From Bacillota bacterium (GTDB taxonomy: Bacteria > Bacillota > Clostridia > Christensenellales > CAG-138), in assembly GCA_023458355.1 (NCBI GenBank), contig JAEWZS010000041.1, positions 1 to 37,970 on the forward strand: a stretch of 37,970 nucleotides of DNA, read 5' to 3'. The notes under the pieces are model-generated. The model was not told the DNA's origin, did not search any database, and saw only the letters and a list, made by a program, of their open reading frames with translations. Below, piece by piece: positions 17,779 to 28,496 of the stretch (the first letter of the stretch is position 1; the number at the start of each line of letters is the position of its first letter). The translations under genes were made by a program, and so were the position numbers.

Positions 17779-17780
17779 AT

Positions 17781-18008
17781 ATGGCGTTGAATGGAAAACT
17801 TTTAATAGCCGGCCCGTTTGATAAGCCCGAGATCGATAAGGTCACGGAGCATTTTACGCGCCTTTTGGGACAGCCTGTCACGTTTGAAGTTAAGCGCGAC
17901 GAGAGCCTCATAGGGGGCTTTTTGGCGATGGTGGACGGCAGGGTCTACGACTCGAGTATAGCGGTGCAGTTAAAAGAAATGAGCCGTTATATGCTCGATA
18001 AGGAGTAG
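17781..18008 (+). CDS. atpH: F0F1 ATP synthase subunit delta, truncated (C-terminal domain only, 75 aa)
   Basis: The position lies between atpF and atpA. The motif SLIGGFLAMVDGRVYDSSIAVQLKEM matches the OSCP/delta C-terminal consensus. No upstream in-frame extension is possible, because the atpF stop is at 17776-17778. Confidence 0.7.
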   Translation: MALNGKLLIAGPFDKPEIDKVTEHFTRLLGQPVTFEVKRDESLIGGFLAMVDGRVYDSSIAVQLKEMSRYMLDKE

Positions 18009-18018
18009 GAGTAAGCAC

Positions 18019-19536
18019 ATGCAGGATCTTAGCATAAACGCCAAGGAGATTGGCGCTTATCTCAAAGAACGGCTTGAAAACTACGAGAAAAAGTCTGTTG
18101 TATACGAATACGGCACCGTAGCCTATGCAGGAGACGGTGTAGTGAAGGTACAGGGCTTAACGCGCTGCCATTACGGTGAGCTCGTAGCGCTCGATAACGA
18201 TGTTTACGGCATGGCGATGGATCTTGAACTGGATGGAATCGGTGCGGTTTTGTTAAACGGCATCAACGAAGTGCAGGTCGAGTCTCGTGTGCGCGGTACG
18301 GGCAGGGTGGTGGAAATCCCCGTGGGCGACGAGCTTTTGGGGCGCGTTATAAACCCCCTGGGTATTCCGCTTGACGGAAGGCCATTACGAGCCAAACAGT
18401 TTTTACCGGTGGAACGCCCTTCTCCTTCCATCATCGACAGGCAGAAGGTAAACGAGCCTTTGCAGACCGGCATTTTGGCGATCGACAGCGTCATCCCAAT
18501 AGGTAAGGGACAGCGCGAACTCATCATCGGCGACCGCCAGACCGGCAAGAGCACGATAGCGCTCGATACCATCATAAATCAAAAGGGCAAAAACGTTGTC
18601 TGCGTATACGTGGCAATCGGTCAAAAGGTATCCACGGTTTCAAGGCTTCATGAAACACTTACCAAGCATGGCGCCATGGATTATACGGTTGTCGTTTCAG
18701 CCACCGCGAGCGACTGTGCTGCTATGCAGTATATTGCACCTTATGCAGGCTGCAGCATCGCGGAAAGCTTCATGGAAAAGGGAAGAGACGTGCTCATCGT
18801 CTACGACGATTTGAGCAAGCACGCGGTTGCATATAGAGCTATGTCACTGCTTCTCAAGCGCCCGCCGGGACGCGAGGCATATCCCGGAGATGTGTTTTAT
18901 CTGCACAGCAGACTTCTTGAACGTTCCGCGCATTTAAGCGCTAATTTGGGCGGCGGTTCGCTCACTGCACTTCCCATCGTGGAAACAATGGCGAACGATA
19001 TATCCGCTTACATCCCCACCAATGTAATTTCCATCACCGACGGGCAAATTTATCTTGAACAGGAGTTGTTTCATGCGGGCGTGCGTCCCGCTGTAAACAT
19101 CGGCCTTTCGGTTTCGCGCGTGGGCGGCTCGGCACAGAAAAAAGCCATGCGTAAGGTATCGGGGAAGCTTCGTCTCACGCTTGCGCAGTATAGGGAGCTC
19201 ATTATTTTCTCCCAGTTCGGTGCGGATATCGATCCTACCACAAAAAAGGTCATCGATAAAGGTGCGCGTTTGCAAGAAACGCTCAAGCAGCCGCAATCTA
19301 GCCCCTACAAGATGTCCGAGCAGGTGGTTTTGCTTATGGCAGCCATGGGCGATTATCAAAGCGAAGTACCGCTCAAAAGCATTCGCGACTTCAACGCGGG
19401 TCTTCTCTCACGGCTTCGCACCGTTTGCTCCAAGGAGCTTACGGAGCTTGAGGAAACAGGCGCTTTCACAGACGATATGCAAAGCACCTTGACCGCCGCC
19501 ATCGAGGAATATGCCAAGGGCTTTAAGGCGGTGTAA
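18019..19536 (+). CDS. atpA: F0F1 ATP synthase subunit alpha
   Basis: P-loop GDRQTGKS; 505 aa; operon position. Confidence 0.95.
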   Translation: MQDLSINAKEIGAYLKERLENYEKKSVVYEYGTVAYAGDGVVKVQGLTRCHYGELVALDNDVYGMAMDLELDGIGAVLLNGINEVQVESRVRGTGRVVEIPVGDELLGRVINPLGIPLDGRPLRAKQFLPVERPSPSIIDRQKVNEPLQTGILAIDSVIPIGKGQRELIIGDRQTGKSTIALDTIINQKGKNVVCVYVAIGQKVSTVSRLHETLTKHGAMDYTVVVSATASDCAAMQYIAPYAGCSIAESFMEKGRDVLIVYDDLSKHAVAYRAMSLLLKRPPGREAYPGDVFYLHSRLLERSAHLSANLGGGSLTALPIVETMANDISAYIPTNVISITDGQIYLEQELFHAGVRPAVNIGLSVSRVGGSAQKKAMRKVSGKLRLTLAQYRELIIFSQFGADIDPTTKKVIDKGARLQETLKQPQSSPYKMSEQVVLLMAAMGDYQSEVPLKSIRDFNAGLLSRLRTVCSKELTELEETGAFTDDMQSTLTAAIEEYAKGFKAV

Positions 19537-19538
19537 AT

Positions 19539-21831
<2,293 letters not shown>

Positions 21832-21844
21832 AAGGTAAATTAGT

Positions 21845-22255
21845 ATGGCTCAAAGTTTTCACCTCGACGTAATTACGCCCGAACGCGAGTTCTATAACGG
21901 TGAGGTCGAATCGCTCACCGTAGAAACCATCGACGGGCAAATCTGCGTTTTAGCAGGTCACCTGCCTTTGGTGACGGCACTCGGCGTGGGGGTGCTGAGA
22001 ATTGTTAAACGAGGCGGTGAAGTAGCGGAGGCGGCACATACGGAAGGCTTTATGCATGTCGGTCGCGATAAAGTCGTTATGTTTGCGCAGGCATGTGAAT
22101 GGCCTAATGAGATTAACCTGCCTCGTGCGGAGGAAGCTTACGCACGCGCGCAAGCACGCTCCCGTGAGGCAAAAGACACCAATGAAGCTATCCGCCTTAA
22201 AGTTGCCATGCTCCGTGCGACAACGCGAATCAAGGTGAAGAGGTATATGAAATAA
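21845..22255 (+). CDS. atpC: F0F1 ATP synthase subunit epsilon
   Basis: 136 aa. The N-terminus LDVITPEREFYNGEVESLTVETIDGQICVLAGH is typical of epsilon. Confidence 0.9.
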   Translation: MAQSFHLDVITPEREFYNGEVESLTVETIDGQICVLAGHLPLVTALGVGVLRIVKRGGEVAEAAHTEGFMHVGRDKVVMFAQACEWPNEINLPRAEEAYARAQARSREAKDTNEAIRLKVAMLRATTRIKVKRYMK

Positions 22256-22270
22256 AGCATCAACATAATA

Positions 22271-22306
22271 AAGAGGCAGGGCGAAGCGCCTTGTCTCTTG
22301 TTTTTT
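22271..22306 (+). terminator. Intrinsic terminator of the atp operon
   Basis: AAGAGGCAGGGCG-aag-CGCCTTGTCTCTT is followed by GTTTTTT. Confidence 0.8.
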
Positions 22307-22321
22307 AAAAGAGGTAATCAT

Positions 22322-22768
22322 ATGTTTCTTGATACAAGCTTTCTGAAAAATGACGAAATATTCCTTCGTCTTGACAAAACCGCCGATGGTGACGAGACGA
22401 AAAAGTGGCTGCCCGCGTATTACTTTACGATCTGCACAATGGATGGAACCGAGGTAGGAAACTGTGATTTTCGCATCGGCTATAATAATAATACGTATTA
22501 CGGCGGGAATATCGGCTATGCGGTAAATAAGGAAAAACGGGGGAACCATTATGCGCAAAAGGCATGCAGGTTATTGTTTGAGCTTGCCAAAAAACATAAA
22601 ATGGACTATCTAATTATAACGTGTAGCCCCGAAAACATAGCATCACGAAAAACCTGCGAATATGCCGGGGGTACACTCAAAGAAATAGCCGACTTACCGC
22701 CCGATAACGATATGTATCTTGAAGGCGGACGCAAGAAGTGCATTTATTTTTTTGATCTTGCAGAATAA
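22322..22768 (+). CDS. GNAT family N-acetyltransferase
   Basis: I chose ATG 22322 after AAAGAGG, downstream of the terminator. The acetyl-CoA pocket-like motif is NKEKRGNHYAQKACRLL. Confidence 0.75.
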   Translation: MFLDTSFLKNDEIFLRLDKTADGDETKKWLPAYYFTICTMDGTEVGNCDFRIGYNNNTYYGGNIGYAVNKEKRGNHYAQKACRLLFELAKKHKMDYLIITCSPENIASRKTCEYAGGTLKEIADLPPDNDMYLEGGRKKCIYFFDLAE

Positions 22769-22801
22769 AACATCCGGCTTACCTGCAGGAACCAAACTTG
22801 C

Positions 22802-23536
22802 CTATATGACAAATCCGCCGTTGGGGCTGATTACCTGACCGGTCAAAAAATCGGCCTTGTCTGAGGCTAAGTAAACAAGAAGCGCTGCGATATCCTCAGG
22901 TTTACCAAGCTTCCCGAGCGGCGTCTGCTCGCATAAGGCACAGATATCCGCTTTTGTGAGGTTACAGTTCATATCGGTATCGATAACACCCGGTGCAACA
23001 CAATTCACCTGTATGTTCGACGGCCCAAGCTCCTTTGCAAGCGCCTTGGTAAGGCCGATGAGCGCTGCCTTACTGGAGGAATAAGCAACCTCGCACGACG
23101 CGCCGACCATTCCCCAAACGGACGAAACGTTGAGGATTTTGCCTCTTTTTTGTGAGATCATTTTCGGAAGAACGAATTTGGAACAGTAAAAAGCACCGTG
23201 TATGTTTACATCAAAAACGCGCAGCCATTCGTCGCTCCTAGTTTCCGTAAAAAGCTTATCGAGCGCAACACCGGCATTGTTGACGAGAACATCGATGTGT
23301 GAAAAATGAGATAGTGCGGCTTTAACGAGTGCAAGCGCTTCATTTTCTACGGAAACATCCGCGCGAAAGGGGAATGCATTCCCGCCGCGGCGGACGATTT
23401 CTTCAGCAACAGCATGCGCTTCCTTTTCGGAATTTAAATAGTTGACACATACGGCATATCCGGCGTCCGAAAATTCGAGCGCTGCGCTTTTGCCGATACC
23501 TCGCGACGCACCGGTGATGAGTACGGTTTTTTGCAT
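22802..23536 (-). CDS. SDR family oxidoreductase (FabG-like 3-oxoacyl reductase)
   Basis: I chose the start at MQKTVLITGASRGIG after GGAGGG. Motifs: TGxxxGIG, NNAG and YSSSK. Confidence 0.85.
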   Translation of the reverse strand: MQKTVLITGASRGIGKSAALEFSDAGYAVCVNYLNSEKEAHAVAEEIVRRGGNAFPFRADVSVENEALALVKAALSHFSHIDVLVNNAGVALDKLFTETRSDEWLRVFDVNIHGAFYCSKFVLPKMISQKRGKILNVSSVWGMVGASCEVAYSSSKAALIGLTKALAKELGPSNIQVNCVAPGVIDTDMNCNLTKADICALCEQTPLGKLGKPEDIAALLVYLASDKADFLTGQVISPNGGFVI

Positions 23537-23592
23537 AAACTTACCCTCCGAAATAAAGATACCATACATCCGTTTGCGGTTTCAAGGAGCAG

Positions 23593-23624
23593 ACAAAAGT
23601 GCGGAGCGGTCTTGACCGCTCCGC
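23593..23624 (-). terminator. Intrinsic terminator after the P-type ATPase gene
   Basis: Read on the minus strand: GCGGAGCGGT-caag-ACCGCTCCGC followed by ACTTTTGT. Confidence 0.7.
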
Positions 23625-23641
23625 ATCGTGTTTACCTTAGC

Positions 23642-26167
23642 TTAAGCATAACGTTTGCGAATTCTATTTACCAGCTTCACCAGGTCATACCATAGTACCG
23701 AAACGCAAGCGAGCCCAAGTGCTAAAAGGAACTTACCGGCAGATAGCGGTGCGAGTTTTAAGTAGATGGACAATGGCGAGTAGAGGATCACTGCAAGCAA
23801 TAGTAGCGTACCCAAATTTACAGCCCACATCACGCGATCCTTCATAAGCCGTTTCACAGAACGATAGGCAAAATCATGATCGGAGCTATTCACCTGCACC
23901 AAGAACAAATTTGCCAGCATGATGATGGCAAGCCCCATGGCGCGGGCGACAGCAGGGTTGGTGGGATCGCCTAGAAGCGTAACATAGTATGCACCGAAAG
24001 ATGCAGCAAACACAAATAACCCCTGTAATATGCTCTTTGTTAGCAGTTTAAAGGTCAAAAGCTTATCCTTCGGGTCACGTGGAGGACGATCCATGATATC
24101 CTCTTCGGCCGGCTGCCTCTCTAAAACGATGGAGCATGTGGGGTCTATGAGCACCTCCAAAAGCACCACATGAAGCGGTAAAAGCAGCAGTGCCACAGGT
24201 GCGATTCCAAGAAACGGAGCTAACAGGGAAGCAAAAGCAATGGGAATATGGATGGTAAATACATAACCTACAGCCTTACGAATATTATCGTAAATTCGGC
24301 GTCCATCCTTAATCGTTTCAACGATGGTAGTAAAGTTATCATCCATCAAAATGAGGTCGGCAGCTTCGCGGGAAACCTCACTGCCGCGCTTTCCCATGGC
24401 AATACCGATATCGGCATACTTAAGTGCCGGAGCGTCGTTAACTCCATCTCCGGTCATGGCGACGATTTCACCGTTTTCCTTGAAAGCTTTAACAATGCGC
24501 ATCTTGTGCTCTGGAATCACGCGGGAGAAGATGGATACATTTTTGACGGCGTACCTAAGCTCGTCATCGCTCATAGCCTCCAGCATATCGCCGGTGATGA
24601 TATGGTCACTTCCCTGGATTCCAATCTTCTTAGCGATGGCGGATGCTGTAACGCCGTTGTCACCGGTTATCATGACCACACGGATACCGGCCCGGTTGCA
24701 TACCGCAATATCGCCCTTCACACTCTCGCGGGGAGGATCTGCTAAACCCACAAGGCCAAGTAGAGTCAGTTGACAGTCGGTGATGGAGGCGGGGATTGCG
24801 GATTCGTCCTCGGGATTTGCCGTTGCAATGGCAATCACGCGAAGCCCTTCTGAGGATAAGGCATGAATTTGCTCTTCGGCAGCTTTACACTGCGCATCGG
24901 TCAAATCGCAAATGGTGAGTATACGCTCCGGGCTGCCTTTGGCGGCAATGATAAGTTCGTTGTCCTTGCGCCAGACATGACCCATCATTTTAAGCTCATT
25001 GGTAAATGGATATTCGGACACGAAATCATTTTTAAAAAGGTATTCTTTTGAAAAGCCGTGTTTTTCGCAATAGAGAAGCATGGCTTTTTCCATAGGGTCG
25101 TATACATCGGTTTCACAGCCGAGGCCCATGGTTTCGATTAAAGCGCTTTCTGTGCCGTTTGCCACCCATGTTTTCTGCACGGTCATCCGGTTCATGGTAA
25201 TGGTGCCGGTTTTATCTACACAAAGTACAGTTACTGCACCGAGCGTCTCCACACTGGGCAGTTTGCGCACGAGGGAATTCTTCTTTGCCAGGCGCCATGC
25301 ACCCATGGAGAGAAACACGGTAAGAATTACCGGGAACTCCTCGGGAATCGTCGCCATAGCGAGTGTAACACCCGAGAGGATGCTCTCAACCAAGCGGTCG
25401 ATGAAGGCGTGGTCGGGAATATTGAACCATGTAAAAATGCCTACCAGAAGGAACAGCACCCCCGCAATGACGGCGCAGGTTTTAATAAGCTTTCCGGTCT
25501 GCTTCTGCAGCGGCGTGATTTCCTGTGGTGCGGCGGCTACACCTAGCCCGATTTTACCGTACTCGGTGTGTGCACCGATTTTGTCAACCTGTACGGTTGC
25601 CGTACCTTGGGTTACCAGTGTACCTGCATAGCAGTAATCCTTGCGCCAATAGTCTAAAGTAGGCTCGGCGTTTTCTTTAGTTACCTTCCATACGCCTTCT
25701 GCCTCGCCGGTGAGGGAGGATTCGTCTACACATAGGTCGGCACAGCGAATGACCACGCCGTCTGCGGGTATCTTTACACCCTCATAAATCATCATAAGAT
25801 CGCCCGGCACCAAATCAGAACTCAGGATCTGCTGTTCCGTTCCGTTACGGATGACGGTAATGTGAGGTGCGGATAAATCCTTGAGTGCATGAAGTGTTTT
25901 GTCGGTTTTCCATTCCTGCATCACATCGATGCTGATGATGCCTACCACAAAGATGAGCATGATGGCACCGTCGCGAGGCTCACCAAGGATAAAATAAATG
26001 ACAGCGGCGATGATGAGCAAAAGGAACATAGGCTCACAGATGATATGGAAGACCTTACTGAAAAAGTTTTCCTTCTTTTGTGGAGTCAGTTCATTTTTTC
26101 CATGCTGCTGCTGTCGAACTACCGCCTCGGCTGATGTTAGTCCGATGTAGTTTTCTGTGTTTGTCAT
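23642..26167 (-). CDS. Cation-translocating P-type ATPase (P2-type, Ca2+-ATPase-like; substrate not assignable)
   Basis: I chose the start at MTNTENY (26167) after GGAGG plus 8 nt. Motifs: DKTGTIT, TGDN, MTGDGVNDAPAL and IPEEFP in M4. Confidence 0.9.
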   Translation of the reverse strand: MTNTENYIGLTSAEAVVRQQQHGKNELTPQKKENFFSKVFHIICEPMFLLLIIAAVIYFILGEPRDGAIMLIFVVGIISIDVMQEWKTDKTLHALKDLSAPHITVIRNGTEQQILSSDLVPGDLMMIYEGVKIPADGVVIRCADLCVDESSLTGEAEGVWKVTKENAEPTLDYWRKDYCYAGTLVTQGTATVQVDKIGAHTEYGKIGLGVAAAPQEITPLQKQTGKLIKTCAVIAGVLFLLVGIFTWFNIPDHAFIDRLVESILSGVTLAMATIPEEFPVILTVFLSMGAWRLAKKNSLVRKLPSVETLGAVTVLCVDKTGTITMNRMTVQKTWVANGTESALIETMGLGCETDVYDPMEKAMLLYCEKHGFSKEYLFKNDFVSEYPFTNELKMMGHVWRKDNELIIAAKGSPERILTICDLTDAQCKAAEEQIHALSSEGLRVIAIATANPEDESAIPASITDCQLTLLGLVGLADPPRESVKGDIAVCNRAGIRVVMITGDNGVTASAIAKKIGIQGSDHIITGDMLEAMSDDELRYAVKNVSIFSRVIPEHKMRIVKAFKENGEIVAMTGDGVNDAPALKYADIGIAMGKRGSEVSREAADLILMDDNFTTIVETIKDGRRIYDNIRKAVGYVFTIHIPIAFASLLAPFLGIAPVALLLLPLHVVLLEVLIDPTCSIVLERQPAEEDIMDRPPRDPKDKLLTFKLLTKSILQGLFVFAASFGAYYVTLLGDPTNPAVARAMGLAIIMLANLFLVQVNSSDHDFAYRSVKRLMKDRVMWAVNLGTLLLLAVILYSPLSIYLKLAPLSAGKFLLALGLACVSVLWYDLVKLVNRIRKRYA

Positions 26168-26421
26168 AAAAGAATCCTCCGTTTCCGCCGAATGAACGGC
26201 GGTGCCTTGATTTCTCCTATGGCACTCCATTGAGGTCGGGTGTTCCATTGTGTATATGGCTATAAGAAAATAACACACCCATGGTACATACAACTGTCCC
26301 ACAGATGTGTTTTATCACGATCTGCTGCCGCTTGTCGGGCGGCCCGGCCCCACGCCCCAAAGGGCATCGCCTGCTCAGTTTGTACTGTTGAACTCGCACT
26401 CCGGTACATAAACGGAGTGTA

Positions 26422-26463
26422 ATGCAGTGCAAAGAGATTACAAGGCATTATATGCAGTGCAAA
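26422..26463. repeat. Two 12-bp direct repeats, ATGCAGTGCAAA, 30 bp apart; each contains the palindrome TGCAnTGCA (operator-like)
   Basis: Exact copies at 26422-26433 and 26452-26463. One fills the promoter spacer and the other lies just downstream of the predicted transcription start of the minus-strand ATPase promoter. Confidence 0.6.
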
Positions 26464-26475
26464 CAAGTTTGTCAA
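26447..26475 (-). promoter_or_regulatory. Consensus SigA promoter for the P-type ATPase gene
   Basis: Read on the minus strand: TTGACA (26475-26470), a 17-nt spacer, then TATAAT (26452-26447). Confidence 0.8.
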
Positions 26476-26517
26476 CAGAAAAACTATAAAATTCTGTTTT
26501 TCACAAATGTCACGGTA

Positions 26518-26545
26518 TTGACTATTATCCATATTGAAATATAAT
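26518..26545 (+). promoter_or_regulatory. Promoter for the flavodoxin-like gene
   Basis: TTGACT (26518-26523), a 16-nt spacer, then TATAAT (26540-26545). Confidence 0.65.
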
Positions 26546-26670
26546 ATCTTTGGCAAATAATGTGCAAACGAGTCCTCAAAGGTTTTTAAAAGTGTGTTCT
26601 TTTGTTAACACAGCAATTTTCCATGTGCAATCAAATAATACCTTAACAAAGCGGATAAGGGGATTAAACT

Positions 26671-27378
26671 ATGAAAACAGTTATTATACATGGGCAAAAT
26701 CACAAGGGAAGCTCCTACCACATGGGCAGATTGCTTGCTGAAAAGGTAGCAGCGGAAGGTGAAATCACGGAATTCTTTCTACCGAAGAATTTGAACCATT
26801 TTTGCCTTGGCTGCTATTCTTGCATTGAAAATGAAACCAAATGTCCTTATTGGAGCGAAAAGAAGGTTATTCTTGAGGCGATGGAACAGGCAGATCTTTT
26901 CATCTTTACAACGCCGAATTACTGCTTTGCACCTTCAGGATCGATGAAAGCATTTTTAGATCTAATGTTTGACTGCTGGATGTCGCATCGTCCGAAGGAA
27001 TGGATGTTTGAAAAACGTGCCGCTATTCTTAGTGCTTCTGCAGGTGCTCCAAATGGCAGAGTGATCAAAACCATTAAAACATCCCTGTCCGGGTGGGGCA
27101 TTCCATATATAAGATCTTATGGCATTGCGGTGCAGGCGGCGAATTGGGGTACGGTGAAGCCTAAGATTAAAACCAAAATAGAAAAGAGTATTTCAAAGCT
27201 TGCTTGGAAGTTTCGTTCCGACAAAAAGCCCCATGTGGGGTTTGCAACCAGGTTTGTGTTCAACCTGATGGGCAATATGCACAAAGCAGGATGGGATGCA
27301 TCACCTGTTGAAAAACAATACTGGGAGGAACGTGGCTGGCTTAACAAGGAGCGTCCTTGGAAAAAGAAAAATGCGTGA
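26671..27378 (+). CDS. Flavodoxin-like fold NAD(P)H-dependent FMN reductase family protein
   Basis: The N-terminus MKTVIIHGQNHKGSSYH, a CLGCYSC cysteine cluster and FTTPNY resemble iron-sulfur flavoprotein / NADPH-dependent FMN reductase proteins. Confidence 0.7.
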   Translation: MKTVIIHGQNHKGSSYHMGRLLAEKVAAEGEITEFFLPKNLNHFCLGCYSCIENETKCPYWSEKKVILEAMEQADLFIFTTPNYCFAPSGSMKAFLDLMFDCWMSHRPKEWMFEKRAAILSASAGAPNGRVIKTIKTSLSGWGIPYIRSYGIAVQAANWGTVKPKIKTKIEKSISKLAWKFRSDKKPHVGFATRFVFNLMGNMHKAGWDASPVEKQYWEERGWLNKERPWKKKNA

Positions 27379-27404
27379 GCAAATCTACTGTTTATGAGGT
27401 GAGT

Positions 27405-28448
27405 ATGATAAACTTGTCAGCAACGTATGCTCAAATTAAGGACAAATTGGATACTATTGCATTTCATGAATTATGGCCGGGCTTTAGGCGCTACGATTTT
27501 GCTTTATATAATGATACGCAAGTTGTTTTAAATGACGAGATTCTTCCTAAAACGGACGAGTTTTTGGCAAACACCGCTATTCTTTATAAGAGCAAATATA
27601 CTGCTATATGGTATCTGACAGAAGAAACGGACATAGAGATTTTAACTAGTAAAATCGTTCATGAAATGTTTCATGCTTACCAGACAGAACATAAAGAAAG
27701 CCGCTTTCCCAATGAGTTGGAAGCATTGTTAAAATATGAATACAGCCCGGAGTATCTCAATATCAAATACCAGGAGAATCTATTACTGGCAAGTTTATGC
27801 AAAAGTTATTATGGCGCTAAATTTGAAGAATTTCTTTCGTTGCGTAAGAGACGAAAAACGCAGTTTCCGTATCAATACAACTATGAATGCAGCGTGGAAG
27901 TGATAGAAGGAAGCGCACAGTACGTTGAACTTAAGGTGCTGAATACTTTTAGTCACGAAAAATACATGAAAGCACAAGACAGATGTCTGCAAAGAATCAG
28001 GGATATTAACAATCTGATGCCGGTTAGGATAAGTTGCTATGATACCGGAGCGATGCTTTTAAAAGTGTGCCTTGAAAACAGCCTAACGGTAAACACCAGC
28101 GTGGGCAAAAGTACGGAGTATCTACTGATCGATGCGGCTTTTGATAACATTCAAAGCAGCACACAGATTTTTGCAGACAGCGAGATAGATGATTTTTATC
28201 ATGCAGGTATAGGTGCTTTCAGAAATAAGATCGATCTCATTGTTGAGGGCCGCAAACCTATAGTTGAAGGTGAATTTGATTTAATTGGAGTAAATGTATA
28301 CTCAGCACAATATCTGGATGGATATATATATACGGAGTATTTGCTTATATACAAAGCCGATGAGCCAATTACACTGTATGGCAATTATCTGCTTAAAATG
28401 AAGCATAACAAAATTACAGCAATATATATGGACTCACAAAATAAGTAG
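27405..28448 (+). CDS. Hypothetical protein with a gluzincin-like HExxH...E motif (MA-clan peptidase-like)
   Basis: I chose the start at MINLSATY after GAGGTGA. HEMFH is followed about 90 aa later by IEGSAQYVE, resembling the HExxH plus EGxAxY arrangement of Peptidase_MA_2-like proteins. Confidence 0.5.
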   Translation: MINLSATYAQIKDKLDTIAFHELWPGFRRYDFALYNDTQVVLNDEILPKTDEFLANTAILYKSKYTAIWYLTEETDIEILTSKIVHEMFHAYQTEHKESRFPNELEALLKYEYSPEYLNIKYQENLLLASLCKSYYGAKFEEFLSLRKRRKTQFPYQYNYECSVEVIEGSAQYVELKVLNTFSHEKYMKAQDRCLQRIRDINNLMPVRISCYDTGAMLLKVCLENSLTVNTSVGKSTEYLLIDAAFDNIQSSTQIFADSEIDDFYHAGIGAFRNKIDLIVEGRKPIVEGEFDLIGVNVYSAQYLDGYIYTEYLLIYKADEPITLYGNYLLKMKHNKITAIYMDSQNK

Positions 28449-28496
28449 GATGAGCCAAGATGTGTTAAAAAGCAACGCATTGAAGGAGATAAATAC

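Noticed and set aside
26217-26556. The track ORFs of 71 and 98 aa on the minus strand inside the ATPase leader could be coding, as could the in-frame upstream Met codons that extend the ATPase to 26302.
   Set aside because: None has an SD, and the strong GGAGG plus 8 nt supports the start at 26167. The upstream sequence is better explained as a structured RNA leader.
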